Part shown: piece by piece, positions 12,772 through 25,300 of the stretch
Position numbering within the stretch: position 1 is the first letter of the stretch
Layout of the letters: each line of letters starts with the position of its first letter
Source of the DNA: Azolla caroliniana
Lineage: Eukaryota > Plantae > Polypodiophyta
Length of the DNA stretch: 64,000 bases
Assembly (NCBI GenBank): GCA_043228905.1
Contig: JBHGNT010000012.1
Coordinates: 20,088,001 to 20,152,000 of the forward strand
Reading direction: 5' to 3'
Made by a program: the position numbers and the translations under genes
Notes under the pieces: generated by a model
Database searches by the model: none
Told to the model about the DNA's origin: nothing
What the model saw: the letters and a program-made list of their open reading frames with translations, nothing else

Positions 12772-13244
12772 AGAATTTAGAAAAAATTTATCGTCCATAA
12801 AGAGGCCAATTTTTTGACCTATCAAACTAGAGTATACACGTGTTCTTGATACATGTCCCCTTCCTAAAAGGTGTATTCATACATTGAAACACAAAGTCTT
12901 TATGTGTGAATACGACATACACAAATGAGCTCAACCTTCTGGGTGGTGTCTTAAGTATGGCACTCAAGTTATCACTCCCTCTTAATATGTCATCATATCT
13001 TGAACAAATTGCATTCTATGCTAAGCATGTGAAGAGCAAGTGAAGTTCATCCTCCACCACACCTTCATAACATACTTTACATGCCTTCAAATTCATTACA
13101 TTTTGATACCATGATGCAATTTCGATACCTAACTTGTGAGATCGAGTGCGAAGTAATGTGACGGCTCTACGAGCATTACTACTCATATTGGTAATGAGAT
13201 AAGGTTGGATACAATCAATAGGCATCATTGCCTTGTATTAAGAC
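12772..13244 (-). mobile_element. RTE-like LINE, 3' part (C-terminal zinc-finger region and 3' UTR), split from its 5' part by Copia A
   Basis: ORF 13016-13228: RTRSHKLGIE...CKVC...VEDELHLLFTC; homologous to 5941-6410 and 47870-48096. Confidence 0.85.
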
Positions 13245-14816
13245 TGTAAAGAATCGGGTATGATTCTTGTGTAGCGGACGAGATGTGTGTTATGTGTATG
13301 TGTGAGAGGAATTAGAGGAGAGATGAGAGAACACAAGATAGGTAGAAAAAGGAATACTCACGAAGAAGGTGTATATTTCACAAGTAGAATAAGCATTACA
13401 AAATGTAGCATAATAAGGAGTCACAGCCGACTTAGTATGAAGTATGAGGAGGGTGCTTTATATAGAGTCACCCTCTCTCTTCATTAACTTAGAACAACCA
13501 GTCTCTCTCTTGGGGAATGTGAAGACTCATAGTCATGGGGAATATGTAACTCATTAGTTATGTGTCATAGAATATGATTCTATGACACATAGTTAATGTG
13601 TAGAGAGTAGTGGTGTGACTCTTGACATTTGAGTAATCATAGATTCTCAAAAGGTGTGTTCACACGTTGTGCTATGTTGAGCTTGATTCTCAACATGCCC
13701 CCTCAAGCTCAACTCGGGTTGGTTCCTTTCGATTGATGTCCGCTTCGGTTGGTATCCGGTTCGGACGATCTCCGGTGTCCGCTTCGGCTCGTACCCGGTT
13801 CGGACGGTATCCCGTTCTCGCTTGTACTCCCCCTCAAGCTTGGCAAGTCAGGGATCGTCAATCCAAGGTCTGACATGAATTGCCGAAGCTTGTCGGCTCC
13901 TAAGGCTTTGGTGAAGATGTCAATCGTCTGAAGATTCGTGTTGATGTGTTGAAGGTCGACATCTCTGGCATGTACGCGCTCTCGAATGAAGTGATAGTGC
14001 ACTTCGATGTGTTTTGTGCGCGCGTGGAACACCGGGTTCCGAGCCAGATATATACTGCTCATATTGTTGCAGTAAATGGGAGTCAGATCCTTGATGGGGA
14101 CGCCCGGATCCTTCAAAATCCTCTTGAGCCATACGGCTTCACATGCGGCTACGGTTGCACCCCTGTATTCGGCCTCCGTACTCGAAAGTGCGACGGTAGG
14201 CTACTTCTTACTACTCCAAGATATTGCTCCGCTACTGAGCGAGAAGACAAATCCAGAGGTCAATCGTCGATCAACTTTGTAGCCTGCCTAGTCCGCGTCT
14301 GTGTACCCTTCGAGTCGTATTGGTGTGGCCGATGCATAGAGAACGTCGTAATCCATTGTGTCGCTCACGTATCGTAATACTCGCTTAGCGCAATCCAAGT
14401 GAATGTCACGTGGTTTTTGCATGAATTGGTTGAGGAGTCCGACTGGATAGCTAAGGTCGGGTCGAGTGATCGTGAGATAGATGAGGCTCCCGATCAGTTG
14501 ACGATATTGGGTCGGCTCGCACTCGTCTGTGCCGAAGTCAGCATCTAGTTGAGGTTTCGATCGAGAGGTGTAGCGACCGATTTGCACTCAGTCATCCGGA
14601 AACTTGCATAACAAGTTGAGAATGTAGTGCCGTTGAGAGATCATAATGTCGGCCGGAATCTAAATTACTTCGATGCCAAGGAAGTAATGGAGCTCCTTCA
14701 TGTCCGTCATCTCAAATTTTCCGGAGAGGAGAGACTTGACCTTGTTGATGTCGACTAGACTTTTGTTGGGAGACAGGTCCCTCCGGATGGAAAGGGAGAA
14801 GAACAGTGCCGATGAA

Positions 14817-15085
14817 GAGGAGTACCCGGCTACGGAGAGCCGGATGGTGCAGACCCGGTGAGGACCGGATGAGGAGTACCCGGCTACGGAGAGCCGGATG
14901 GTACAAACCCGGTGAGAACCGGATGAGGAGTACCCGGCTACGGAGAGCCGGATGGTACAGACCCAGTGAGAATCGGATGAGGAGTACCCGGCTACGGAGG
15001 ACCGGATGGTGCAGACCCGGTGAGAACCGGATGAGGAGTACCCGGCTACGGAGAGCCGGGTGGTGAAGACCCGATGAGGAGTGCT
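14817..15085 (+). repeat. 54-bp tandem array (4 full units plus a partial) in Copia B 5' LTR U3
   Basis: Unit GAGGAGTACCCGGCTACGGAGAGCCGGATGGTRCAGACCCGGTGAGAACCGGAT starts at 14817, 14871, 14925, 14979 and 15033. Confidence 0.95.
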
Positions 15086-15562
15086 CTCTGGATGAAGAGA
15101 CATATTCGTAAATATGTCTCTGAGAGTCCATCGTGGCTATATTTGTAAATAGCCGAAAAGTCATATTAGTATAAATATGACTTAGGGCAAACCCTTTTTT
15201 GTGTGTGGTTGTCATTGTTGTTGGTGCAAGGAGAGAGAGAGAGCATGTAACTGTGTACAGAGAGAGAGAGAGAGAAAGAGGTCGTTGCCTCTGTTGTAAC
15301 CGCTGTCAGGAATAGTACTAAGCAGAGATGGAATTAGTACTAAAGAAGAGCAGTACTATTAGTACTAAGAGGAAGGGACTATGTAAGACTCCCGAGAGAG
15401 AGAGAGAAAGAGAGAAGCGAAAGGAGAGATAGCGAGGATGAGAGAGAGAGAGAGAGATGATGATGACATCCAATATATTATGTGAAGGATAAGTACAAAA
15501 TGGCTAAAAAGCTTAAGACTGGCGTTGAACCAATTTGGTTCAACATAATGCCTAGTGCCCTC

Positions 15563-15608
15563 TTTTATAGTGTTTTCAGGAATAATCCTGAAGCTTCTGG
15601 AATGTTCC
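15563..15608 (-). promoter_or_regulatory. Perfect 4-unit heat-shock element plus TATA box in the Gypsy C LTR
   Basis: tGAAgcTTCtgGAAtgTTCc at 15589-15608; TATAAAA on the minus strand at 15563-15569. Confidence 0.7.
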
Positions 15609-15683
15609 AGAGAGATCTGGAATATACATCAATTTTCTATGATAAAGCATAAATGAAAATAATATTCTACGTATTACAATTCA

Positions 15684-15740
15684 TAGTCTAATGGTAAGAT
15701 CTTGACCCATGTAGCATAAGGTCATGGGTTCGAGTCTTGC
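15684..15740 (+). promoter_or_regulatory. tRNA-like Pol III A/B-box cassette at the 5' tip of the Gypsy C LTR (antisense to the element)
   Basis: A box TAGTCTAATGG 15684-15694 with D-stem GTCT/AGAT; B box GGTTCGAGTC 15727-15736; canonical tRNA spacing; no proper anticodon or acceptor stem. Confidence 0.6.
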
Positions 15741-16973
15741 CATATCATGACACTATCTCCCCCCCTTAAAGACGACGAGTAGAACGAGTCGGCGCTAATT
15801 GCGGACCGGGTTTGTCCGGATACTTTCGGTGGAAATCAACAAGAAGATTCTGAGCATTGGCAACATGCTCGACGGGTTCCCAAGTACGTTCACTTGGACT
15901 ATAACCGAGCCAATCGACCAAATAATAAAGTTTGTTGCGTCCGAACAAGTTTGGAATCGAGGATGGCAACAACTTCATACTCTGGGCCGGCGTCCAACTC
16001 CAGCGGGGGCGGCGGTGGTGTAACACGATCGGGAATGGTGTTTGCTTTATAAGGTTCAAGAAGAGAACAATGGAAAACCGGATGTATCTGAAGCTGCGGA
16101 ATGTGACATCATTAACCTTACCTGTAATACGGAAAGGACCGAGTCGTCGATAATCCAACTTGTCGCACGGTCGAGTAGTCTTGATGTGACGACATAAGAG
16201 CCATACTCGATCTCCGATGGCAAAAGAGGAGGGAAGCCGATGACGATCCGCGTAAGTCTTCTGCGTTTGTTGAGCATGACGAAGATGAGTCGAGAGATCT
16301 GTCCGGATCTTGCGTAGTCTCTCCAAATGATCCCCGGCACGAGGATTGGTAGGTAGCTCCGGGGTGTCGATCACCGACCAGCGAGGATGAGAACCGGTAT
16401 AAGCGAAAAATGGGGAGACCCGAGTCGAGGAGTGAATAGCATTATTATACGCAAACTCCGCAAAGTGGAGAATCTCGGCCCAATCGTCCTGTTGATAACT
16501 CAGGAAACACCAGAGATATTGCTCCAGTGTTTGGTTTGTTCGTTCCGCCTGCCCGTCGGTCTGAGGATGGTAGTCGGAGGAGAGGTTGCAGGAGACCTTG
16601 AGCATCTTGAAGAGATGCTGCCAAAATTTGGAGACAAATTGCGGTCCTCGGTCACTGATGATATTATCTGGGAGGCCATGATGCCGAAATACCTCACGCA
16701 TAACAAGGGCGGTGGTTTCCTCGCTAGTGATGGCTTTAGTACATGGCACAAAATGTGCCATCTTCGTATATCGATCGACGACGGTTAGGATAGCATCAAA
16801 CCCCTTTGAGACCGGCAGATCTGTGATAAAATCAAGACAAATAGAGTGCCACGGCTTACTTGGAATCGGTAAGGGTTCCAACAAGCCATATGGATGGTGT
16901 CGTGGCATCTTTGCTCGGCAGCAAGCATCACAGGTCTGAACGTAGTCGTCGACAAAACGACGCATGTGGGGCC

Positions 16974-19900
16974 TGTCGAATACAAGTGTATAATGGACGT
17001 ATTCACACTATCCCTTTCTATAGCTCAAGTTTGGGCCATTTGTGTAATTAGCATAAAGGGTAGTTGCCCTAAGTTGTCACTATATAAAGTGACCTAGTAA
17101 CCTTTTTGTAAGGTTGGTTGTATTATTGTTTCTATTGAATAGAAAGTCTTTTGTGCCTCTCTCTCTCTCTCTCTCTATCTCTGTGCACGATCTTGGAAAC
17201 TGTCATACGCAGGTACTCAACCCCAATCGAATGCTTCTTGATCTTCCACATCGACACGGCCTTGTCTCCAACATTTGGTATCAGAGCCTGTCTTCCTCAA
17301 CCCGCTGTCGGCCGTCGTCTCAGCCTGCACAGCATTCGGTTCTTCGCGTCATCACAGCCTGCACAGTATTCGACCTTTCGCTTCATCCTAGTCTGCAAAG
17401 CATTCGGCTTCTTGCGTCATTCGAAGAAACAGAGAAGAAAGTAGGCAAACACAAGCTTGAATCTCGCTGCGTTAGATCATCACTCGGAGTAAGCCAGTCG
17501 GTTGTACTCTACTTCCTTGATCGTAACTGCTTGAGGTGGGCTTCCTGCACAACGACGACTTCAAGGACAACCCCAGTTCGCGTTTCATTCGATTGGACAA
17601 TAATCGGAAGGACCAGTCGGTTCCATTACTCTCACCGTTGCAGTCAACCGAAACCGAATCGGCTTGAAGTACTGTCGGATCGTTAAATCTAGGTTCAACT
17701 CGACTAAGACAGTTGTCGGTAGTCAATCCGAACCAAATCCCCGATTCTCCGTAATCAACATCACTTGTGTCCAACTTCGGCTAGAACGACACTGAGTGGG
17801 CCAAACCGCTGCACTTCACCAAAGTTCGTAGCCGACTTAGGGCAGAGTCATGACATCAACATCCGGCTCGTCAGAAATGAGTCTACGAAAGTTCGATGGA
17901 TCGAACTTCAACTTCTGGAAGGAGCAAATGCAGGACTATCTCATAGTCAAGGGGCAAATCGATCCCATCGAAAATGAAGAACCTCCAGAAGGATACAAAC
18001 CAATTGAGTGGCAGAAGCTGGACAGAATCGTCCGCGCCACGATTCGGATGCACCTATCGGAATCAGTATACTTTACGGTGCAATCGTGTACGACAGCATT
18101 CGAACTGTGGAAAACACTGTCGGACACCTACGAAAAGAAGGTCGCTGCAACAAAAATGTTTCTGATCCGGTGCCTCTACAACTTGCGGATGAAAGAATCA
18201 GATTCGGTTCAAGCACATCTCAATGAGTACGAAAGCATAAGCTCCCAAATCTCATCTCAGGGGACGGCAATCGAGGATGAACTCAGAGCAATGATACTCA
18301 TGAGCAGCCTTCCCTCATCATGGGAAACTTTCGTCACAACCGTGTGCAACGCGTCAACCACGGCTGTTAAATACTCCGAAGTCACGAGCGCAATCCTGAC
18401 CGAAGCAGCTCGGAGAAAGTCTTTCGCCAAAGACTCAACAGACGACGCTTATGTAGTACAAGGTTCGACAGACCGATCGAACATACGAGGAAGAGATTCC
18501 TCACGGCAGCCGAACAATCAGTGAAGACGGAGCCAGTCACGGGATAATCGAATCTGCAACTATTGCAAGAAACCCGGACACATCAAAGCCGACTGCCGCG
18601 CACTCAAGAACAAGAACGACAAGTCTCAGAAATCAGACAAGAAGAGTGGCCGGCATGAGGAGATCAATTACGTCAGCTCCTCAGCTGATGTGCTACCAAA
18701 CGACCCGAATATACTATCAATCGAAAATCCAGTCGGATCAGAAGTTCTGCTCACGACTGAAGAATCGAGCACATGGCTCTTAGATTCGGGCGCGTCATTT
18801 CACGTGACTCCTCATCGATCCCAATTTCGGCAATATACGATCCGTCACTCCGACTCAGTTCGAGTCGGCAACTCGCAACACTGTGACATCATTGGAATCG
18901 GCACAGTAGAGCTCAACCTTGCAGGTGGCTCTACACTTGTACTTCACAATGTCCGACATGTACCCGAGCTCTCAAGGCCATTGATCTCAGTCGGACAACT
19001 AGATGAAGACGGCATTCGTGCCGGTTTTTCTTCGGGAGGGTGGACACTCCACAGGGGGAACCTCCTGCTTGCTAGAGGACCCAAGATACACTCACTGTAT
19101 CCGTTACATGTTACGCTCAGAGAGGGTAACCTGTTTTTGGTGGATATTCCTGTGTCATCACTATGGCACAGAAGATTAGGACACCTCAGTAAGGCCGGCA
19201 TTACGCACCTATCTAGAGCCGGATACATCCCTAAACTCTCCTTCTCGGACCATCAATTCTGCGAACATTGCCAGTATGGCAAACAAGCAGCCGCATCACA
19301 CCCGACATCAGCACCAAGAGAAACGAGACCTCTCGATTTAGTCCACTCGGACGTCTGTGGCCCAATGCCGCATCAGTCTCTCGGCGGTGCCTCTTACTTC
19401 GTCAGTTTTATTGACGATTCGACTCGAAAGGTGTGGGCTTATCCAATTCGCACCAAAGATCGTGTCTTCTCGATCTTCTCCGATTGGCTCGCTATGGTAG
19501 AAAATCAAACTGACCGAAAACTGAAATGCTTTCGGACCGACAATGGGGGAGAGTTCAAATCAGAAGAATTCGTCAAATTCTGCCGACAACGCGGCATCCG
19601 ACGTGAATTTACGGCACCACACAGTCCGGAGCAAAACGGGATTGCAGAACGCATGAATCGGACAATCCAAGAACGGATAGTTTCCATGCTCCAACACTCC
19701 GGACTGTCGGATGGCTTCTGGGCAGAGGCTCTACTCACGGCAGTACACATAATCAATATGTCACCAAGCAGACCTCTAGGACTTCAAATTCCTCAGGAAC
19801 TATGGATCGGCAGTAAGCCGAATTACGACAAGCTGAGGATCTTCGGATGCGAGGCGTACGCCCTTATTCCGAAAGATGATCGCCGAAAACTTGCACCTCG

Positions 19901-22377
19901 GTCCAGGAAATGCATTTTCCTTGGATATGGATCAGACGGCGAAATGGGATACCGACTCTGGGACCCCGAACGCAGACAAATCGTTCGAAGTTCGGACGTT
20001 GTGTTCAACGAGTCGGCTATGAATCCATCAGTCGAAACACCGATCGAAGTCCGAAGGGTAACATTTTCCGATGTGCCGACCCTTCAAGAAGGCCCCGCTC
20101 TTAACACACGGTCAGCTTCACGGGTAGCTGAACCTTACACTACCGACTCGGACAACTCCGACTCGGCACAACAGAATAATTCGCTTTCGGACCATCCGAC
20201 CTCGATACCCGATACGACCAGTCCAATCATACCTCGACGATCCGAGAGACTGTCGCAACCTCCGGAGAGGTATTCTCCTGGAATTTTCTTCACCGACGCC
20301 GGCGAACCGACGTCCTACGAAGAAGCATCGACATCTGTCGATTCAGCCACCTGGCATCTGGCGATGGAGTCGGAAATGCACTCCATCCGGGCAAACAAGA
20401 CTTGGGATCTGGTCGAATTACCTAAGAATCGACGTGCTCTTCCTTGCAAGTGGGTTTATCGACTAAAAGAGACGTCTGATTCGACCACCCCAAAGTACAA
20501 GGCCAGATTAGTTGCGAAGGGCTTCCGACAAGAATATGGCGTCGACTTCGACGAGATTTTTTCACCAGTGGTGAAAATGACAACCCTTCGTTTTCTACTC
20601 GGCGTAGTGGCAGCCGACAACTTGGAGCTGATTCAGCTAGATGTCAAAACAGCCTTCCTCCATGGTGATCTTGAAGAGGAAATTTATATGGAGCAGCCAA
20701 AAGGCTTCGTTGCAACTGGCCAAGAACATCTAGTCTGCCGACTCAGGAAGAGTCTATACGGCCTCAAACAGGCACCGCGACAATGGTACAAGAAGTTCGA
20801 CGACTTCATCCAATCGATCGGCTTCTCAAAAAGCGATGAGGACCATTGTCTTTTTACCAACACAGCTCAAGATGGATCACCCATCTTCCTCATCATTTAC
20901 GTGGACGACATGCTAATTTCTGGACGCCACGCGGGCGAACTTGCCGATCTCATTCGGCAATTGCGGTTGAAGTTTGCCATGAAGGACCTCGGTCCGGCCC
21001 GACACATACTTGGCATGAAGATTAGTCGGCATCGCGATAAACGACATCTTTTTTTGTCTCAGACCGACTATATCGGACGTGTCTTGGAACGCTTCAACAT
21101 GCAATCAGCCAAATCTGCTTCAACCCCGCTCCCCATGAATCTTCGGCTCTCTCAGCGAGACTGCCCGACATCCGGTCCGGAGGGGGAAGATATGAAGTCG
21201 GTACCGTATGCACCGGCAGTCGGCTCCCTTATGTACCTGATGGTCGCGACACGGCCTGATATTTCTCATGCCGTAGGAGTCGTTAGCAGATTTATGCACA
21301 ATCCTGGCCGATCGCATTGGAACGCAGTCAAGCATGTGTTCAGATATCTGGCTGGCACAAAAGACCACGGCATTCTTTTCGGTCCGAACTCAACCTCAGG
21401 CGTAGTTGGTTACACCGACTCGGACTTCGCCGGCTGTATAGACAGTCGGAAATCAACAACTGGATACTGCTTCAAATTCGGCAATGGAGCAATTTCGTGG
21501 AAGTCGAAACTTCAGGAGTGCACAGCGACCTCAACGACCGAAGCAGAATATGTAGCTGCATCCGACGCTGCAAAAGAAGCTTTGTGGCTCGGCCGGCTAG
21601 CGCACACGTTTCGACAAGTCGACCATGACTCGGCCCCAGTTGTCTATAGCGACAGTCAAGGTGTTGTTGCCTTGTCGAAAAATCCGGTTCACCACAACGC
21701 CTCCAAACATATCGACGTTCGATATCACTTCGTTCGAGACTGCGTCATTTCAGGGAAAATCGGTCTAGAGAAAATATCCACAACCGACAATGTCGCAGAT
21801 GGAATGACCAAGTGTCTTTCGGCAGACCGCTTTCGGTCTCTTCGGCATCAGATGGGCGTAACGACAAACCAGTCCGGTTAGAGCCGGACACAGCGCAGGA
21901 TGGTTTCAGACAACCGACATCAGTTCCTTAATGATCGGCTTCAACTCTTCCGACCCGACCAGTTCGGTCTTCTGCCTTCGGACCCTGCCGACTCGAACAA
22001 AAACTGATATGTCCGAGAACCTAGGTCTATACCTATAATCTTAGATAACCCATGTATACGCCCATTACGGGGGAGTGTCGAATACAAGTGTATAATGGAC
22101 GTATTCACACTATCCCTTTCTATAGCTCAAGTTTGGGCCATTTGTGTAATTAGCATAAAGGGTAGTTGCCCTAAGTTGTCACTATATAAAGTGACCTAGT
22201 AACCTTTTTGTAAGGTTGGTTGTATTATTGTTTCTATTGAATAGAAAGTCTTTTGTGCCTCTCTCTCTCTCTCTCTCTCTATCTCTGTGCACGATCTTGG
22301 AAACTGTCATACGCAGGTACTCAACCCCAATCGAATGCTTCTTGATCTTCCGCATCGACACGGCCTTGTCTCCAACA
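16974..22377 (+). mobile_element. Copia D: young full-length Ty1/Copia element
   Basis: LTRs 16974-17273 and 22076-22377 differ, by eye, by one substitution and one CT unit; TSD GGGCC; PBS TGGTATCAGAGCC 17276-17288; PPT GGGGGAG before 22076. Confidence 0.98.
17850..21881 (+). pseudogene. Copia D Gag-Pol polyprotein with a single in-frame stop (TGA 18522-18524)
   Basis: ORFs 17850-18524 and 18690-21881 are in the same frame; the zinc knuckle CNYCKKPGHIKADC lies just after the stop; PR LDSGAS, integrase, RT YVDDML and RNase H are all present. Confidence 0.93.
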
Positions 22378-25300
22378 GGGCCACCAAAAAGATCGTTGCA
22401 CTAGCTCCAATGTCATAGTACTACCGAAATGTCCCGCCGTATGGGTGTCGTGACAATGTTGGACGATTTGAAGGCGACAGGAGCAATCGGGGACATATAC
22501 GCGCTTTTTAAAGAATAACAAACCCTCATGATATTCGAATTGTCGGTAGTCAATACCTGGTTGTTGAGACTGAGAACAGGATGCCCGAGAAGTATCAATG
22601 TGCGCCAGGATGTCTTGAGCAAAACTATCCGTCTTCAAGGTTGCACGTATGTCATCGGTAATCCGTGAATCCATCGGGGTGTGAAAAATCCGCGTCGTGT
22701 GCAATCGTGTTGGTCCCAAGATTACTTGTTTTTGATTATCAAATGTTGCATCACCAGGACGAGGTGCAAGATATGACCGTTGTGATAGTGCATCTGCTTT
22801 TCCTTGCTGCTTCCCCGGTCGATATGTGATTTTGAAGTCAAAACGCGTGAGGAATTGCGCCCACCGAGCTTGCCGTCGATTTAGTACGTGAGCGTTCTGA
22901 AAATAAGCAAGATTTTTATGATCGCTAAAGACAATGACCTGATGTGGAGAGCCCTCTAAGAAATGCCGCCATTGCACAAATGAATCCACGATGGCTAATA
23001 ACTCTTTGTCATGTATTTCGTAGTTGATTTCTGCGACATCAAATTTGCGCGAATGGAAAGCCACCGGATGCAACTCTTCTTTATCTCCTTGTTGAGAAAG
23101 GATGCTACCGAGGGCAAAATCTGATGCGTCGGCCTCCATGATGAATGGTTTGCTTGTATCCACATGAGCTAGAATCGATGCTGATGTAAAGGCTTTCTTA
23201 AGATGCCGAAAAGCCATATCTGCTTCGATGGACCAAAGAAATGCTTGGCCCTTCTTCGTAAGTTGTGTGAGAGGTAAAATAATCTTCGAGTAATCCTGTA
23301 TAAACTTACGGTAGAAGTTAGCAAAACCTAGAAAACATTGTACATCTCGTACCGACCGTGGAATTTGCCACTCTAGTACAGTTTGGATTTTAGATGGATC
23401 CATGGCGATGCCTTGACACGGTCAAAGTCAAGGGGGAGGCCTACTTGCTTCTATTGCGGCAAGCCGGGACACTTCCAAAAGAGCTGTCGGCATTTCCGAA
23501 AAGACAAGGAAACCGACGGTACCGATTTGAAGCGGACCTCGGACCGGAACGGTAAAGACCGGAGGGTGTCGGACCGGAAGGGAACGACGGGAATCACGGC
23601 AAGTGAAGAAGATTTGATGCTCATCACCGAGGAGAGTGAGATAAACCTTGTCGGTGACGAGATGATCTGGGTGGTAGACTCTGGAGCGTCGTTTCACCTT
23701 ACCCCGGACCGGAAATGCTTGTCATCCTACTCAGCCGGTGATCACGGCTATGTCCGGATGGGGAATGAAGGTACATGCCGAATTGTCGGCATAGGAGACA
23801 TGTGGCTGTCAACACCAACCGGATGCAAGTTGTTGCTGAAGGATGTCCGACACGTTCCGGAGGTTCGACTGAACCTGATATCAGTCGGTCGGCTAGATGA
23901 TGAAGGCTACACGGGTAGCATCCGGAACGGTGTCATGAAGTTCAGCAAAGGGAGTCTGATTGTGGCTCGGGCCCAGAAGGTAAACACGTTGTACCTCATG
24001 AATGCCCGGTTATGTCCGGAGGAAGTGAACGTGGCATCTGACACTGCCGGTGAGTTGTGGCACAAGAGGTTGTGTCATATGAGCGAGAAGGGGATGAAGA
24101 GGCTTGCAGACGACAACCTCATTCTAGTGAAGAACGTGCACTTGGAGAAGTGAACTGATTGTCTGGCCGGTAAGCAAAACCGGACCTCCTTCCAACCAAG
24201 GCCACCGATGAGACGTAATGCACCACTGGAGTTGGTGCATACGGATGTGTGTCAAGTAGACACGAAGTCACATGCCGGAGCGCAGTACTTCGTGACATTC
24301 ATAGATGACCACAGCCGGAAGCTGTGGGCCACACCGTTGAAGATGAAGGATCAGGTGCTATCTGTCTTCAAAGAGCTCCACGCGAGCGTGGAAAGAGAAA
24401 CCGGTCGGAAGCTGAAGGTGGTTCGAGCAGATAACGGAGGAGAATACCAGGGGCAGTTCGAGGAGTACTGCCGCTCGAAGGGAATCCGGCTCGAATTTAC
24501 CGTGCCGAAGACATCGGAACTAAACGGGCTTGCCGAGAGGATGAACCGGACCATAATGGAGAGGGTCCGGAGTATGCTGGTGCATGCAAAACTACCCAAG
24601 AAGTTTTGGGCTAATGCACTGTCGACGGCGACATATGTGATAAACAGATCACCCTCAGTACCCTTGGACGGAGACACGCCATAGAGAGTCTGGACCGGTA
24701 AGGAAGTGTCCTACCGGCATCTGAAGGTATTCGGGTGTCTCGCGTACGTGCATGTAGCTAAGGACCGGAGAGGAAAGTTAGATCCAAAGACCCGGCCATG
24801 CATATTCCTCGGTTACGGTGACGATGAGTTCGGATACCGAGTGTGGGACCTGGTCAACAAGAAGGTATTCCAGAGTCGAGATATTATCTTCATGGAGGAC
24901 AAGATGCTCGCCGACTGGGAGTCGGAGAAGAAGATAATGAACTCCGAGTCGACCGGTAAGGATCGACTCTACAATGAACAGACCCAACCGGTAAGAGACC
25001 AGTTAGCACTCGAGGAGCCAGCCGGTTACAGTGAGGATATCGAACCGGCGGAAGAAGAAGTAGAGGAAGCTGAAACCGGAACCGGCCAAGACCCCTGAAG
25101 AGCAAATAGAGGAGCCGGTTATCGAAGCCCAGAGACGGAGATATCCTCTAAGAGAGAGAAGGGCCCCCCGGAGATTTCCGGATGCAGAGCATGTGCTGCT
25201 AACCGATGAGGGGGAGCCAGAAAGCTTCGAAGAAGCGAAGGATGACACCCACAGCCGCAAATGGTTAAGTGCCATGCAGGATGAGATGGATTCCCTGCAT

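Larger units (their letters stand above)
15304..23418 (-). mobile_element. Gypsy C: chromovirus inserted in the Copia B 5' LTR; 5' half deleted; interrupted by Copia D
   Basis: 3' LTR 15304-15752 (TGTCA...TGACA); PPT at about 15753-15768; integrase and frameshifted chromodomain 15766-16968; RNase H and integrase zinc-binding domain 22378-23418; reads SFWWP|HMRRFV across Copia D. Confidence 0.95.

Noticed and set aside
14817-15085. CRISPR-like appearance of the 54-bp array (also the 88-bp array at 57460-58520)
   Set aside because: Units are contiguous with no unique spacers, the context is eukaryotic and there are no cas genes.
15088-15130. Hammerhead-ribozyme-like layout in the Copia B LTR (CTGGATGA-stem-GAGA)
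   Set aside because: The invariant core is not met (extra G in CUGANGA; GAGA instead of GAAA) and I found no stems I/III with a UH site; kept only as a hairpin.
14660-15215. ORFs with 18-aa repeats on both strands (also 26625-27375)
   Set aside because: By-products of a 54-bp (multiple-of-3) LTR repeat; no evidence for an env-like or accessory gene.
15680-15752. Functional tRNA gene (also the 31660 and 31890 heads)
   Set aside because: Anticodon and acceptor stems do not form properly; only A/B boxes and partial D/T arms are present.
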